Assembly: GCA_020137815.1 (NCBI GenBank)
Contig: CM035354.1
Coordinates: forward strand, 6,262,001-6,326,000
Source of the DNA: Hormiphora californensis
Lineage: Eukaryota; Animalia; Ctenophora
Length of the DNA: 64,000 bases
Direction of reading: 5' to 3'
The position numbers and the translations under genes were made by a program. Below the pieces are notes generated by a model. That model searched no databases and was not told where the DNA came from. It saw nothing but the letters and a program-made list of their open reading frames with translations. Numbering within the stretch: the stretch's first letter is position 1; each line of letters starts with the position of its first letter. Shown in pieces: positions 1-48,382 of the stretch.

Positions 1-176
1 AGTGGTGTGATTTAGAACTCTGTCTCCCTATCGACTGATCATCATTTGTAACTGTAAGAGAAGATATTTAGGATAGAACAAAACCTTTAGAGTTCAGCTC
101 TGACCCACATGCTTCATGCATCAATTACCCAGCGACGATATAGGCGGCATGACAAAGCTGGCCCCGTATTGCGTAC

Positions 177-36338
<36,162 letters not shown>

Positions 36339-36469
36339 CTATCCAGTCTAGTGCAGTTATTACCGGGGACTTGTTGGTGTTTTACATGTCGCCTAAAGAG
36401 GCAATAGAATGGGATTAGTGAGGAAGGCTCATAAAGGCCCCTAGAGATAGGGGTGTGGAGAGACAGAAA

Positions 36470-36490
36470 GAGAGGGAGAGAGAGAGAGAA

Positions 36491-36582
<92 letters not shown>
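36470..36582. repeat. (GA)n microsatellite, read as a (CT)n tract on the sense strand between TOM70 and DMXL
   Basis: Direct observation. Confidence 0.95.
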
Positions 36583-36586
<4 letters not shown>

Positions 36587-36781
36587 AACGGGATACACCG
36601 CAATACACAGACACAGTGCAGTACATGTTGAAAGTGTAGTACACGATAATCAGAACAAAACGTCATGTTTTTAGTATAAAAGTTATGTTATGTATATAGG
36701 TAGTCGAAAGCTGCAAAAAATTAAACATAAGTTATGTTAAAAAGAGAAATCAACTCTCTCTCTCTGAAGACACCCTCCCTA

Positions 36782-38506
36782 TCAACTTGGTGACATATCC
36801 CCGAATCCCTGAAGATCACTCAGACTGACTGGTTTAACCCCATACTCCTCACATACCTCCCACTGACACTTCAAACCAATATAAAGGGCAGATACATGAG
36901 CCGCCTCTGCTTCCGTTTTCACTAGCTCCAAAGCCTTCTCAAAACACCCCAACGCCTCCTTGTATTGCTGCTTCTGGATGTAGATCATACCTAGGTTCTC
37001 AAGCACAAAATCACACTTAGGATCCTCCTCGATCGCTTCGTTAAGTAGCACCAGCGCACTGTCAAAGTTGTTCTCAGCCATCATTTTGAGGGTTGCCTGG
37101 TGGGCTTTGTAGGTAACATTGTGGGGAGCCAGTTCCTGGGCCTTCACAAACTTCTCCTCAGCCTTGACAAACTCCCGTTGGTCCTGAAGGATCTGGCCAT
37201 AGAGTGCAAACACGTCAGCGACATTCGGGAATTTCGCCACCATCTTGTCCAAATTAACGAACACTTCGTTCAGAAGAGAGGGACTGACGGTACGTGCCAT
37301 TTGGTACTGCCCGTACACCATCTGTGTCCAGGGAGCAGGGAACGCATCATCCAGTTCGATGCACTTCTTCAAGTCAGTCAGGGCGGGCTGGAGGGCCTCG
37401 ATGGAGAGGTAAAACTGGCCACGGTGCAGGTACGGATCAGGATGGTCCTCGTCCAGTCCCACCGCGGCACTGTAGTCCGGGAGAGCCCTGTTCTTATCAC
37501 CCTTACCCTGGAACACCTCACCCCGGTGCACATACGCCTGAACTTTAAGACGAAGGTAGCTTGTCCGGTCCCCGATTACTGCATCAAAGTACTCGATAGC
37601 TTTGTTGTAGTCCACCATTATGGTGGCAAAGATTCCCCGGAGACATCTGAGGTGGTTTAGGAATTTTTCAGGCTTGCTCTCCAGCGCTTTATCCAACTTC
37701 TCCACGATGACATCGTAAGATTTGCTCTCCAAATCGGCGAGGACTTCCAGGTAGAGCTTATCCCCGGCGTTGGTCAGAGTTTCAGGATCGGTGGAATCAT
37801 GGAAATCCCTCATGTGGACGTTATCCAGTGTGGCCGAAATGAGAGTGTGTGAAGGGAGCCGGGGAACCTTGTTAGCCATTATAATCTTGGCCTGCTCCTC
37901 CCCGTAGAGCTTCAACACACGGTCACTGGTTGCCATATACCCGGAATTCATGGACCTCTGGGGTCCTTCAATCAGGCACACCGCCGTCCAATCCTTGATG
38001 GCAGCTGCGTAGTTTTTCAGTTTCTCGTATGTTGTAGCTCGCCGGAGGATGGCCTTGATGTACTTTTGATTTAGACCCATGGCCAAGGTACAGTACTTGA
38101 CCACATCATGTAGTTTGTTCATCTTCTCACTCGCGGCGGCAATGTTTTGATAGCAATGGGACCTCTCAATATCACTCCCCTCGGGGAATAACTCAATGGC
38201 ATCCAAGTAGCACGCAATAGCATCCGTGTAGTTAGACTTCTTGAAATGATCCGTTCCCTCCTTTTTCTTGGCCTCAGCCTGATCTTTCTGGCTGGTTTTC
38301 ACATTCTCCACAACCACCGGCTCTTCAACCACCACATTTTCCATTACAACCGCATCCTCTTTTCCAGATGTCTCAGCATCGTCATTCGAGGACCGGGTGA
38401 TGTAGTAGATGGCACCGGCAGCAGCAAGGGTCCCTGCGGCAGCCACCCCTAGGGCCACCTTGGTCCGAGTATCGGAGAGGTCCACCGGTAGCTTACCCTT
38501 TAACAT
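36782..38506 (-). CDS. TOMM70: Mitochondrial import receptor TOM70, intronless, ~574 aa
   Basis: N-terminal signal-anchor VALGVAAAGTLAAAGAIYYIT, clamp TPR (KKEGTDHFK..YQNIAA..YIKAILRRA..DWTAVCLIEG) and C-terminal TPRs ending ELVKTEAEAAHV. First ATG is 38506, just after an acceptor. Confidence 0.92.
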   Translation of the reverse strand: MLKGKLPVDLSDTRTKVALGVAAAGTLAAAGAIYYITRSSNDDAETSGKEDAVVMENVVVEEPVVVENVKTSQKDQAEAKKKEGTDHFKKSNYTDAIACYLDAIELFPEGSDIERSHCYQNIAAASEKMNKLHDVVKYCTLAMGLNQKYIKAILRRATTYEKLKNYAAAIKDWTAVCLIEGPQRSMNSGYMATSDRVLKLYGEEQAKIIMANKVPRLPSHTLISATLDNVHMRDFHDSTDPETLTNAGDKLYLEVLADLESKSYDVIVEKLDKALESKPEKFLNHLRCLRGIFATIMVDYNKAIEYFDAVIGDRTSYLRLKVQAYVHRGEVFQGKGDKNRALPDYSAAVGLDEDHPDPYLHRGQFYLSIEALQPALTDLKKCIELDDAFPAPWTQMVYGQYQMARTVSPSLLNEVFVNLDKMVAKFPNVADVFALYGQILQDQREFVKAEEKFVKAQELAPHNVTYKAHQATLKMMAENNFDSALVLLNEAIEEDPKCDFVLENLGMIYIQKQQYKEALGCFEKALELVKTEAEAAHVSALYIGLKCQWEVCEEYGVKPVSLSDLQGFGDMSPS

Positions 38507-38954
38507 ACCTGCACGAGTTGTTTGGGTCAGCTTGTTTTGTTCAAACGGAAGGAGGGTCGAACAAGGCAAAGGTCAGCTTCGTGTGGGTTAGGGGGCAGGG
38601 GGAAGGGCGGATATACAGGGAATAAAACACTCAAAGTTCAATAAATCATTGGATGGAAAACATCTCATTTTTTCAAAAACATCTGCTCTTCAAAAACATT
38701 CAGCCCTGCGTAATATAATGTAATAGAACATCATTCTCACAAAACAATTATATTTTTCCTTCAGTCTCCCTTTTAACGTTCATTTTCAATTCCTAGTGGG
38801 AGAGTAAAGACATGTTAGAACGGGGATATACGTATTAATTGATATTTAGTTTATTGGGGCCGATTGGATTAGGGTACTAAAATCTATCTCGGGAATATGG
38901 GAGTATTCAACAGACAATTAAACACACCAACATTGTTAATTTATTAAGAATGTA

Positions 38955-39826
38955 CAGTCGGACCCCGATTTAGTGGCATCCTCGGGGGAAAAAAATCCTG
39001 CCACTAAATCGGGGTGCCACTAAATCGAGGTGAGCCATATTTGGCCCATAAAAACCTATTTTATGCCCAAAATGCTATACTAAAACTAAAGACACCTCTA
39101 ACTGTTATATGCAATGTTCATGTATTGTTGACATGATCATTTCTGATTAGAAATAGAAAACTATAAAATAATTTTTTCAAAAAATTGTGAAAAATTTTCT
39201 AAGTTATACCGGCCCGTCCGATTTGTGTTTCGAATCGGTGCAGCTTACTGGATATCCTGTCTTCGAAACGAACCGATACGTGATACCATGCCGAATTGGG
39301 GCACCCTAAGCAGGTGAGGAAGTATCAAAATTTCAAAATAACTTTTTCTTTCAAAATTTATGGGGAGCACCGATCAAAGCATTGGCAATCTTACTATAAA
39401 ATTTTGCAAAAAAAAGTTTTAAAATTTTTAAAGGTATACCAGCCACGTCCGAATCCTGTTTCGAATCGGTGCATCTTATCGCATGTCCTGCTACTAATTA
39501 GACGGTTCGGGACGAATCGAAACGTGATCCCCATCGAATCGAAATTTTGACGCTTGGTGAACTTGTGACTCAATGGCCCCATGTGGATCACGTATCGGTT
39601 CGTTCCGAACCGTCTAATTAGCAGCAGGACATGCGATAAGATTCACTGATTCGAAACACGATTCGGACGTGGCTGGTGTTTCTTTGAAAAATTTTCAAAA
39701 AAATTTCAAAAAAATTCACAAAAAAATTCAAAAAAATTTTTGGGGGAAAAAATCCTGCCACTAAATCGGGGTGCCACTAAATCGGGGTGCCACTAAATCG
39801 GGGGCCACTAAATCGGGGTCCGACTG
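38955..39826. mobile_element. pogo/Tigger-like MITE, copy 4 (long form)
   Basis: Same TIR and TA flanks; GCCACTAAATCGGGG subrepeats. Confidence 0.88.
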
Positions 39827-40011
39827 TACTACATTTGTGAATTATAAGTAAAATCATTTGAGGTTAAAAAAGATTTAAAAATTAAAATGCTCAATGCCCA
39901 TATATAAAAAACAATTTAATAGGCTACACAGTGTGTAGAACACACGTCATCTCATATTATCACGTGATTTCTAATATTACTAGGATTATTTCATGTTGAG
40001 TAGAGTGCCAT

Positions 40012-41858
40012 TTAACAGCCCATACAGCCAGGCAATATCGTGCTTTCATTTTGATCCTGCTCTTTGGTTGATACAATTTGCTGATCATCTACTTCTTCAT
40101 CATCTTCTTCATCTTCTTCATCTACCTCATCCTCATATTTTGGTAGCGCTGTATCTACATCTTTGTCCTGTGTCTGCTCAACTTCTTCGAGTTCATCAGT
40201 ATGTAGCCTCCTCCTGGTAACACAGAATGGCCTCTCCTTAGAGCAAGGCCAAGCAGAATCAACAATCCAATAGGTCCTCGCCAAGGTTGCCATAGTTTCA
40301 TCCACAGACTTCATTGCCTCACTTCCATCATCTTCCTCCTCTTCTTCTTCGCTGTCCTCCGAATCTTTCTTCTTACTGTCATCCAACATACTGCTCCACC
40401 CTTCACAATCCTCCTCTTCACAGCCTTCCTTTTCCTCAGCATCTAAAATCTCCATAAGCTGGCAGGAAACATGAGGGTTGGTGTTCCTCGATACGGCTTC
40501 TGCGAGCAAGGACAGCGTTTCCTTGTCGTATCATAATGGTTAGAAGCTGCTTCATAAAGTCACCCACAATCCCAAACTCGACCACCATGGCCATGATGAG
40601 ATCTAATTGTGACGGAACCTGTGTCTCTACCAATCGTTCCAAGATGTTGAACTGGAACTTGGTCTTACTTTCCGGGGTAAGAGTCAGAAGGTGATCCAGG
40701 AAGTTGAAGTCTGCGTATTTCACCACTGCATCAAGTGCGAGAAGGGAATGTTCCCAGTAGGCATCAAAATCTACGGAAGGTTTAGGAAGGTGTAATCGGT
40801 AGAACTGGTGGCATCCAAGTTTTGCCCAGTCAACTTTGAAAACTGTCACCAGTTTAAACAGGTCCCTGAAAACACTGAATTCGGTGGAAATTGTCAGCTT
40901 GTCAAGGGTTCCGGTGTAACATGCATCGACAAAGATCTGAACAGATTCAGGCTCAAAATCAGAGACATCGTGATCTAGCACCCCCTTCTTCTCGATAAGA
41001 TTCTTCAGGACCGGAGAGTTGCGTGATAGGATGTAGGAGTTGAGAGGCATTTTGTTTTCATCCTTTAGGTGGAACGTTACGTTCCCGTGAGCAGGGAATG
41101 AAAGGTAATCCTTGCCAAAATCGATACCCTTCGGTTCCTTGATGTCACATGAAGACGGGTTGTCGTGTATCGAAAAGGTAACCACTGATTTCTCATCAGT
41201 TTTCGTCCCGATCATAATAGCTTTTCCCAAGTCACCAGACTTCGTTTCAAATGAACTTGAACCTCTTACGGTTATCACTACCTGCTCCAGTGGGAAGATT
41301 TGACTCGAGGTTGCCTTTTTTGTTGTACTTTTCTACCACGAACTCAAGACTCTTACCAATTTTTCGACTGTAAGTAATCCAAGTCGAGTCGTTGGCTTGG
41401 TGACTGGTCGACTGTTCCGTCGCAGAAAGGCAATCTTTGGCCAGTCGATGAAAGGTTACTATACTCAATTGGGCTTCCTGTAAATTTGGCGCCCCAAGAT
41501 GACAATCCTTGATAGTGATGTCTGCCTGAAATAGTTAACTTTTTGACCCCGGTTACGTCTTTCCACGGTATATATTCACGTTTCCCCCAGCCTGTATAGG
41601 AGGCACTGTTCGAAAATGTAGCATCCAGGTCCACTTTAGATCGGTCGTACTGTTTGTAAAGGAAAAGGAGAAAGAGCAGCTCCAGTTTTTCGTAGTGTTC
41701 ATGGGGTAACTGTAAACGTATGCGCCCAGATGGCCATCATTTTGTTTCACACCAATGGACCAACGGAATCCTCCAAAAAGAGTTGTCTCGCCAAGTACTT
41801 GGGTTGCCCCGATCGAAGATGTCACAAACTCCGCTGCTATAGTTTTGGTTATCGTCAT
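40012..41858 (-). pseudogene. MATH-BTB paralog 1, disrupted
   Basis: Homology to the neighbours is split over five ORF fragments (shifts near 41635, 41510, 41280, 40520), and the YWLENFNFSLC block is missing. BTB (LNSYILSRNSPVLK..FEPESVQIFVDACYTG) and WPCSKERPF are retained. Confidence 0.8.
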
Positions 41859-42328
41859 GATTCTGTGGAGAAAGAGAGAGTTGGGGTGATTTCAGATTTT
41901 ATTAAAGGTAAATCGTTACATTAGGGGAGGGGTCTGAGGGGATTTTTGATTGGGTTAGATAGCGGGGTAGTTGGGACCGAGTACAGCTGGTATAATAATA
42001 ATAATAATATTCCGCGCTTGTATACCGCCCATACCCGACGGAAACATGTCAAAATATTGGCGATGCTCCGACGAGTCATCAGAGCGGTATATCCTCGATT
42101 AAATATATGACACACACGAACACTCTGGTATTGGAAAAGCATTCGTTTAGCAGTCTTGAAGAAAGGGCAGAGGGATCATAGAAATAGACACACCCCAGTT
42201 CTATGAATAAACGTTAATTTGAAACATTTACATTATCATGATCAGCAAAAAGTAACCAGATTAAAAATACTTTTAAAAAATAATAAAAACCTAGATCACA
42301 TGTGTATCTCATTCTCGATAAAAAATAT

Positions 42329-44032
42329 TTAGCATCCCATCGTTTGTGCATCATTGTCTTTCACCGTAAACTGCTTCTCCTTTTGCAGTGGCCTCCTAGT
42401 TAGAGAAAAAGGTCTCTTCTTAGAACATGGCCAAGTAGAGGTTTTCATCTTACTCCAATGATTTCTTGCCAAAGTCGCCAGTGTCCCGTCTTCAGGAATC
42501 AAATTCTCATCTTTATTTTCATCATCTGATTTTCCACTCTCCGATTTCAACAGTGCAATAAATTCACAGCTAAGGTCTGCACTACCATTCTGCTCAACTG
42601 CCTCTGCTAGCAAAGGCAATGCATCTTCATCACAAAGAGAAAAGTTGAAGTTTTCTAGCCAGTAGGTGAGTAGCGGGAAACGACTGTTCATCATCAAAGC
42701 AGTTAGAATCTGTTTCAAAAACTCACTCACAAGATCAAACTCAACAACCACTACCGTTATCAAATCCAGGTGAGCTCGTTTTGTTGTTTCGGCAATTAGC
42801 TGTGGCAAGCGGAACTGAAACTTGAATTTGTTTTCCGGGATACAGGAAAGGAGATGTTCCAAGAGACTCGCATCTGCATGCTTTACCACAGAGTCCAGTG
42901 CAAGCAGAGCATACTCCCAGTAACTGTTGAAATCTTCCAATGGCTTAGGGAGGTGCTTTCTATAGAACTCGAGACATCCACCTTTTGCCCAATCCAACTT
43001 AAACACAGCTACCATTTTAACAAAGTCGCTGAAAATTTTGAACTCAGTAGAATCGAACAACTTTTCCAGACTTCCCGAATAACAAGCGTCGATGAAGATT
43101 CTAACGGCATCAGGCTCGAAGTCAGTAACATCGTGATCAAGCTCCCCTTCCTTTTCAATTATGTCCTTCAGAACCGAAGAGTTGCGAGCAAGTATGTAGG
43201 AATTCAAAGGAATACTGGTGTTGTCCTTCAACAAGAAACTGTTGTTTCCATGGGAAGGGAGGGAAAGATACTCTCTTCCAAAGTCAACACCGGGCGGTCC
43301 AGAGTACAAAGGTAAGGCATAATCGATGATGAAAGTGACTTCCACAGTGGAACCCACATCATTTTTCAGATTAAAGTTAAAGAATTCTCCAAGACGTCTT
43401 GTTTGCCTCACATTTTTACTTTCCTCAATCACGAGTAGTACAGAGTTATCCAAATTTTCCAGGGTGCCTGTTTGGGTGTCGTAGCATTCAACTTTAAATT
43501 TGAGTTTATTGGCTTCAGGTTTCTGGATATGAGCTAACCAGGTTTTACTGTTTGCTTCGTAACTTGTGTACAATATAGTATTGTTCAGGTTGTTGAGGGA
43601 AAATCGCCGCTGAAACATCACAGCGGATATCTTGTCAGGTGTTATCGGTTCGATGCTGGAAGTTCCAAGAGTGATACTAGTAATGGTCACTCTAGCAGTT
43701 ACCTTGATGATTTTCCTTTCATCCTTCTTCATAAAACTTGGCCATCCCCAATTGCAATTGTTTACCGCATTGTTAAAAACATATGGTTCCTCCAGACTTA
43801 GCTTTGCTTCACCAAATTCATCACTTTGCAGTGAAAAGATTGTAGAACAGCTCCATTGATTTCTTGAATCTCCATTTTCACAATATAAATAAAGTCCAAA
43901 AAAGTCGCATTTTGATACATTGACACTGACATACCATAAAAATCCGTGCAGCAACTTTTTTTCACTATAGTGTCTGATTGTTTCGTCATTGTCGAGTGAA
44001 ACTGAAAAATCCGTTGTAAAAGATTGAGTCAT
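42329..44032 (-). CDS. MATH-BTB paralog 2, intronless, 567 aa
   Basis: MATH (HGFLWYVSV..FGLYLYC..WSC..NWGWPSFM), a second beta-rich module, BTB (LNSYILARNSSVLK..DFEPDAVRIFIDACYSG) and C-terminal WPCSKKRPF. Confidence 0.85.
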   Translation of the reverse strand: MTQSFTTDFSVSLDNDETIRHYSEKKLLHGFLWYVSVNVSKCDFFGLYLYCENGDSRNQWSCSTIFSLQSDEFGEAKLSLEEPYVFNNAVNNCNWGWPSFMKKDERKIIKVTARVTITSITLGTSSIEPITPDKISAVMFQRRFSLNNLNNTILYTSYEANSKTWLAHIQKPEANKLKFKVECYDTQTGTLENLDNSVLLVIEESKNVRQTRRLGEFFNFNLKNDVGSTVEVTFIIDYALPLYSGPPGVDFGREYLSLPSHGNNSFLLKDNTSIPLNSYILARNSSVLKDIIEKEGELDHDVTDFEPDAVRIFIDACYSGSLEKLFDSTEFKIFSDFVKMVAVFKLDWAKGGCLEFYRKHLPKPLEDFNSYWEYALLALDSVVKHADASLLEHLLSCIPENKFKFQFRLPQLIAETTKRAHLDLITVVVVEFDLVSEFLKQILTALMMNSRFPLLTYWLENFNFSLCDEDALPLLAEAVEQNGSADLSCEFIALLKSESGKSDDENKDENLIPEDGTLATLARNHWSKMKTSTWPCSKKRPFSLTRRPLQKEKQFTVKDNDAQTMGC

Positions 44033-44379
44033 TCCCTGTAGTGATAAAATCGGTTATGGGTATGTCCAAAATACAGTTGTATTAATTCGTTGTTATGGGC
44101 ATGTTCAAAGTCGCTAAAATTAAGCCACATTAAGCTGTGATGGCATGTACAAAGATGGGAGTTTCCCTTATAAAGCGATACTAGTACTATAAATAATATA
44201 GTTCTAAGCATGTGGTTGTTTGTCCAAATATGCGATTTTTGCAGGCTAAAGCGTTCTATTACCCGACATGCAGCATGCTGTATTGGTTTAATGTCAGATA
44301 GCCGATAGGTTCGCGATACCGTGACCTTGATCACAGAAAAAATTTCCACGGGTTTTTGATAGATCTGAACGAGAGTTAA

Positions 44380-44612
44380 GTGGAATTATTTGAAGTTATC
44401 ACCACCTCGGTGCACACTATTTTTATTTGTGCACCCCAAACTTGTTTTGGCTCTCACGCCTTTGTTTCTTGACTAATTTCGACAAACAAAAACTTTACGG
44501 ACTCACAAGATTATGCTTTTTGCCGGCAAGTGAGAGCAAGTGGAGGCTGTCACGCGCAAATACGACGCCGTGTGTGAAAGAGGGGTGACAAATTCAAAAA
44601 AATTCGAGTTTA
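44380..44612. mobile_element. Short repeat/MITE, paralogous to 45929-46185
   Basis: ~190-bp diverged direct copy (CAAACTTGTTTT..AAAAACTTTACGGACTCA..GTGAGAGCAAGTGG..AAATACGACGCC). Confidence 0.6.
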
Positions 44613-44780
44613 ATTCCCAAGAGATTCATTGGTGTTCTTCCAAAAGAGCACCGTATCACATACTTATCAGTGGTCAATGACATACTTATCAGTGGTCAAT
44701 GACCAGTGGTCATTGACTATTTTTCCCAACTCATAAATCAAATCCAATTTTCACAAAGTTTACCCCTAGAATGAGTTCCT

Positions 44781-45064
44781 TTGTTATGTTCTAACCCTCC
44801 TTTACATTTGTAAAGAAGGGTTATGTGTTTTTGTACACTTTTGGTCAAGTGATCAGCTTGTGTACGTGATCACTGATCAGCTATCTTTTTCACTGAAAGT
44901 GAGAGACAGTAGTTAGAGTGCGAGGGAGAGCGCAGTACACACTTTTCAGCACTCATCACGCGCACGTGAGTCCCCACAATACAGTACACGGAATAGGTCG
45001 GTATACAAATAACCTAGACTGTGTATCGCGGGCGGGGCGCACGAAACACAGTCTAGCTAGGCAA
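44781..45064 (+). mobile_element. Helitron/HINE-like element (5' TTGTTATGTTCTAACCCTCCTTTAC hairpin; 3' GC hairpin + CTAG)
   Basis: Internally deleted copies at 58272-58345 and ~24830-24890 (reverse); fragments near 10705, 35420 and 38555. Confidence 0.55.
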
Positions 45065-45928
45065 GAGTTCCTACGATCATTCTAAAACATTTGGTAAAAA
45101 AATTTTAGTCCTACCCTGGCCCAATTACGTGGGCCGATGTATGCCCATATATGGGCATATTCATATCAAAAAATGTTTTTTGGGGCGTTATTTCGAAAAA
45201 ACCACACATATGAATCGCCTCATGAGAACCAGTACAACCATTATTTCCAGTCTGCACCTTCAGAACTCCATTTTATAATGAAAATTTTATTTTTTTTTCA
45301 TCTTTTTTTCTTGCACATTTTCCTACTTTGCAGTATTAGTTGAGACGAATTTTAACTTTTTGAGATTTTATTTGTCGGAAACCAAATTCCGGTTGTAACC
45401 GACTACTTTTGACCTGCTGAACACGATCCCGTTCATGAAAAAGCTCTCAAAATTGAAGAAAATGGCCAAAATGAACATTTTTAGTCAAAAATGAGCATTT
45501 TTGGTCCAAAATGAACATTTTCAGGTCAAAAATGACCTTTGGCTAACTTTCATGATACACATCCATTCTGATCGGTATCAAACCGCTGAACACGACCCTG
45601 ACCATAAAAAGTTGATATCAAGAACATGCCAAACACTGGTGTAAAACACACATATTTTCCTTTTTTCGGTAAAAAAGTAAACTTTTTTAATCGCCTGGCC
45701 CACGTAATTGACATACACTATCCCAATTCCGTTTTCAGGATGTAGTAGACAATTGTCCATAGTTTCATATCTACCCTTAACCTTTTGGCCAAGTCGACAA
45801 AATTTTCACTTAGCACACCCTAATGACCACTGGTCATGTATCACATTCTTTTCGCGGCAAAATAATTCTTTGGTAACCGTCTAAGGATGTTTTTTTTGCT
45901 GTTCATATCATTAATTAGAAGAATGTAG

Positions 45929-46185
45929 AGTCGGATTTTTTAAAGTTGTCGCCCCCTGGGTGGGACGCTATTTTATATTTGTGCGTCCCAAACTTGTTTT
46001 AGCCTTTGTATTTGTTTCTTGACCAATTTCGTAAAACAAAAACTTTACGGACTCAACAAAATTATGCTCTTTCCGGTGATATGCGGTTTTTTGCCGTAAA
46101 GTGAGAGCAAGTGGGGGGCTATCACGCGTAAATACGACGCCGCGTGTGAAAGGGGGGGGTAACAACTTTTAAAAATCCTACTTTA
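45929..46185. mobile_element. Short MITE (AGTCGGATTTTTT..AAAAATCCTACT|TTAA)
   Basis: Imperfect TIR; same terminal motif as the 55035-55251 hairpin. Confidence 0.6.
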
Positions 46186-46448
46186 AATTGTCGTTACAAC
46201 ATGCCAGAAGCCCAGACCCAGTGGAAAAATAAAGAGACATATTACAATACAGAATTTGTTTTCTATTTCATAAATAAAATGTACGACAATTAGTCATCTA
46301 AGATCTTGAAAAAATATGAATAAAAAGATATGATGATTTGCAATAATTTAAAACCCCAGCCCCCGGTTGAAGATCATGTTTCAATAGAAAATGAAATGTT
46401 TTTCCTTGATAAATGTTTAATCTCTCTGCATCTTTTTACCGTTTAATC

Positions 46449-48110
46449 TCAATCTAGCAACCCCCTGGTTAAAGAAAATGGTCTCTTGGTCGAGCACGGC
46501 CAGGTCGAATCTTCATCCTTGCACCAGAGGTTTCTAGCCACCGTAGCCAGTGTCCCATCTTTGGGAATCATAGGTCTGTCTCTTCCATCTTGGTCATCTT
46601 TTGTATCTTCCATTCCATTCTCTTTGGTGCCCGTCTGCACCTCACCATGTTTTAATATTGCCAAGCATTTGCGACACGTTTCAGGGTTGGTGCTTTGTCC
46701 GACTGTCTCTGTAAACAAAGATAGAGTTTCCTGGTCACAGAGAGAAAAGTTGAAGTTCTCCAACCAGTAGTCGAGGAGTGGAATCGGTGTTTTAAACATC
46801 ATCAAAGTAAGGATTTGCTCAACAAATTTGTTAACGAATGAAAACTCAACGACCATTGCCATAACCAAGTCAAGGTGCGATCGCTTAGTTAACTCAGCGA
46901 GAACTTTTGATAAGCGGAACTGGAACTTCGTTAAATTCTCAGGAACACAGGAGAGAAGATGGTTAAGGAAACTCGATTCCTCCCGGTGGACAGCTGAATC
47001 TAGTGCGAGAATAGCAAAACTCCAGTAGGCGATGAAATCTTCTGATGGCTTAGGGAGGTGCTTTCTGTAAAACTCGAGACATCCACCTTTTGCCCAATCC
47101 ACTTTGAACACGGCTACCATTTTAACAAAGTCGCTAAAAATTTTGAACTCTGTATCGTCAGACAGCTTTTCAAGTGTTCCAGAGTAACAGGCATCGGCGA
47201 AGATTCTAACAGCTTCGGGCTCAAAGTCAGTAACATCGTGATCTAGGTCTCCCTCTTTTTCGATAAAGCCCTTCAGGACCGGAGAGTTGCGAGCAAGGAC
47301 CAAAGAGTTCAAAGGAATACTGGTGTTGTCCTTCAGCAAGAAACTGTTGTTCCCATGGGCAGGGAGGGAAAGATACTCTCTTCCAAAATCTATCATGCTC
47401 GGCTGATTATAGGACGAGGAATCTCCAAAAATGAAAGTCAAATCAACTGTTGAACAACCCGTCACTTTTTCAAAGTCCAAGTCGAAAAACTGTCCAAGAA
47501 TATTAGTTTGCCTCAAATTCGGATTGTTCTTCACAAGTACCATGACAGATTCACCCTGATTGTTTTCCTCGTTCAAAGTCTCTTTGCTGTAGCCATCGAC
47601 TCTTAACCTGATCTTGTCTGGAGCGGGTTTTTGTACCTCAAAAAGCCAGGTTCTTCCGTTCACCTCCTGACTGGTAAAATAGGACGATTCAATGCTTAGA
47701 GTATCCAATGGTAGGCACAGCTGAAACAGGACAGTAGGGGGAATTGGCTCCAACTTCCCATAACTAAAACTGGTGATTTTGACTTTAGCGAACATCTTGA
47801 TAACTTTTCTCTTGTCCTTCTTCATAAACTTAGCCCAGCCGTACCCTAACCCTTGATCAGAGTCGCTAAAATCATACTCTGCTTTTGAGTAGTTATTTTC
47901 GTCTCGTAAAGAAAAGGTAGTAAAGCAGTTCCAGTTCTTCGAAGAGTTTACTGGTTCACAGTGCAAATACAACCCCAACTCCTCTGGATCAGACGTATTC
48001 ACGCACAAAACCCAGAAGAATCCGTGAAATAATTTCCGATGACTGTAATGTCGCTGTTTGTCAGCATCTTCTATGGAAACAGTAAACGTCGTAGAGACTT
48101 TCTGGGTCAT
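46449..48110 (-). CDS. MATH-BTB paralog 3, intronless, ~553 aa
   Basis: Same architecture; the ATG at 48110 follows an acceptor and aligns with the paralog starts. Confidence 0.85.
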   Translation of the reverse strand: MTQKVSTTFTVSIEDADKQRHYSHRKLFHGFFWVLCVNTSDPEELGLYLHCEPVNSSKNWNCFTTFSLRDENNYSKAEYDFSDSDQGLGYGWAKFMKKDKRKVIKMFAKVKITSFSYGKLEPIPPTVLFQLCLPLDTLSIESSYFTSQEVNGRTWLFEVQKPAPDKIRLRVDGYSKETLNEENNQGESVMVLVKNNPNLRQTNILGQFFDLDFEKVTGCSTVDLTFIFGDSSSYNQPSMIDFGREYLSLPAHGNNSFLLKDNTSIPLNSLVLARNSPVLKGFIEKEGDLDHDVTDFEPEAVRIFADACYSGTLEKLSDDTEFKIFSDFVKMVAVFKVDWAKGGCLEFYRKHLPKPSEDFIAYWSFAILALDSAVHREESSFLNHLLSCVPENLTKFQFRLSKVLAELTKRSHLDLVMAMVVEFSFVNKFVEQILTLMMFKTPIPLLDYWLENFNFSLCDQETLSLFTETVGQSTNPETCRKCLAILKHGEVQTGTKENGMEDTKDDQDGRDRPMIPKDGTLATVARNLWCKDEDSTWPCSTKRPFSLTRGLLD

Positions 48111-48382
48111 GCGGGAACCTATAAAGGATAGTGGTGAATGTGTTAGCATTTTTAGTGGAATCTAGAATGGGGTGGAGACTGGAGGCAGGGTAGAGGGTGT
48201 ATTGTTCGAACAACGGTTTACAAAGACAAAAGCACAAACTTTATACAAACTTATTGAAATATAGATGATTCATTAAAATAAAGATACAAGATAAAAATTG
48301 AAATGTGTCTTTTTAAAAACCAAACCCAAACAAAACGAGGAAGTCCTTACACCATCCAAGTCCCTGACCGAAAAGTCTGCAT

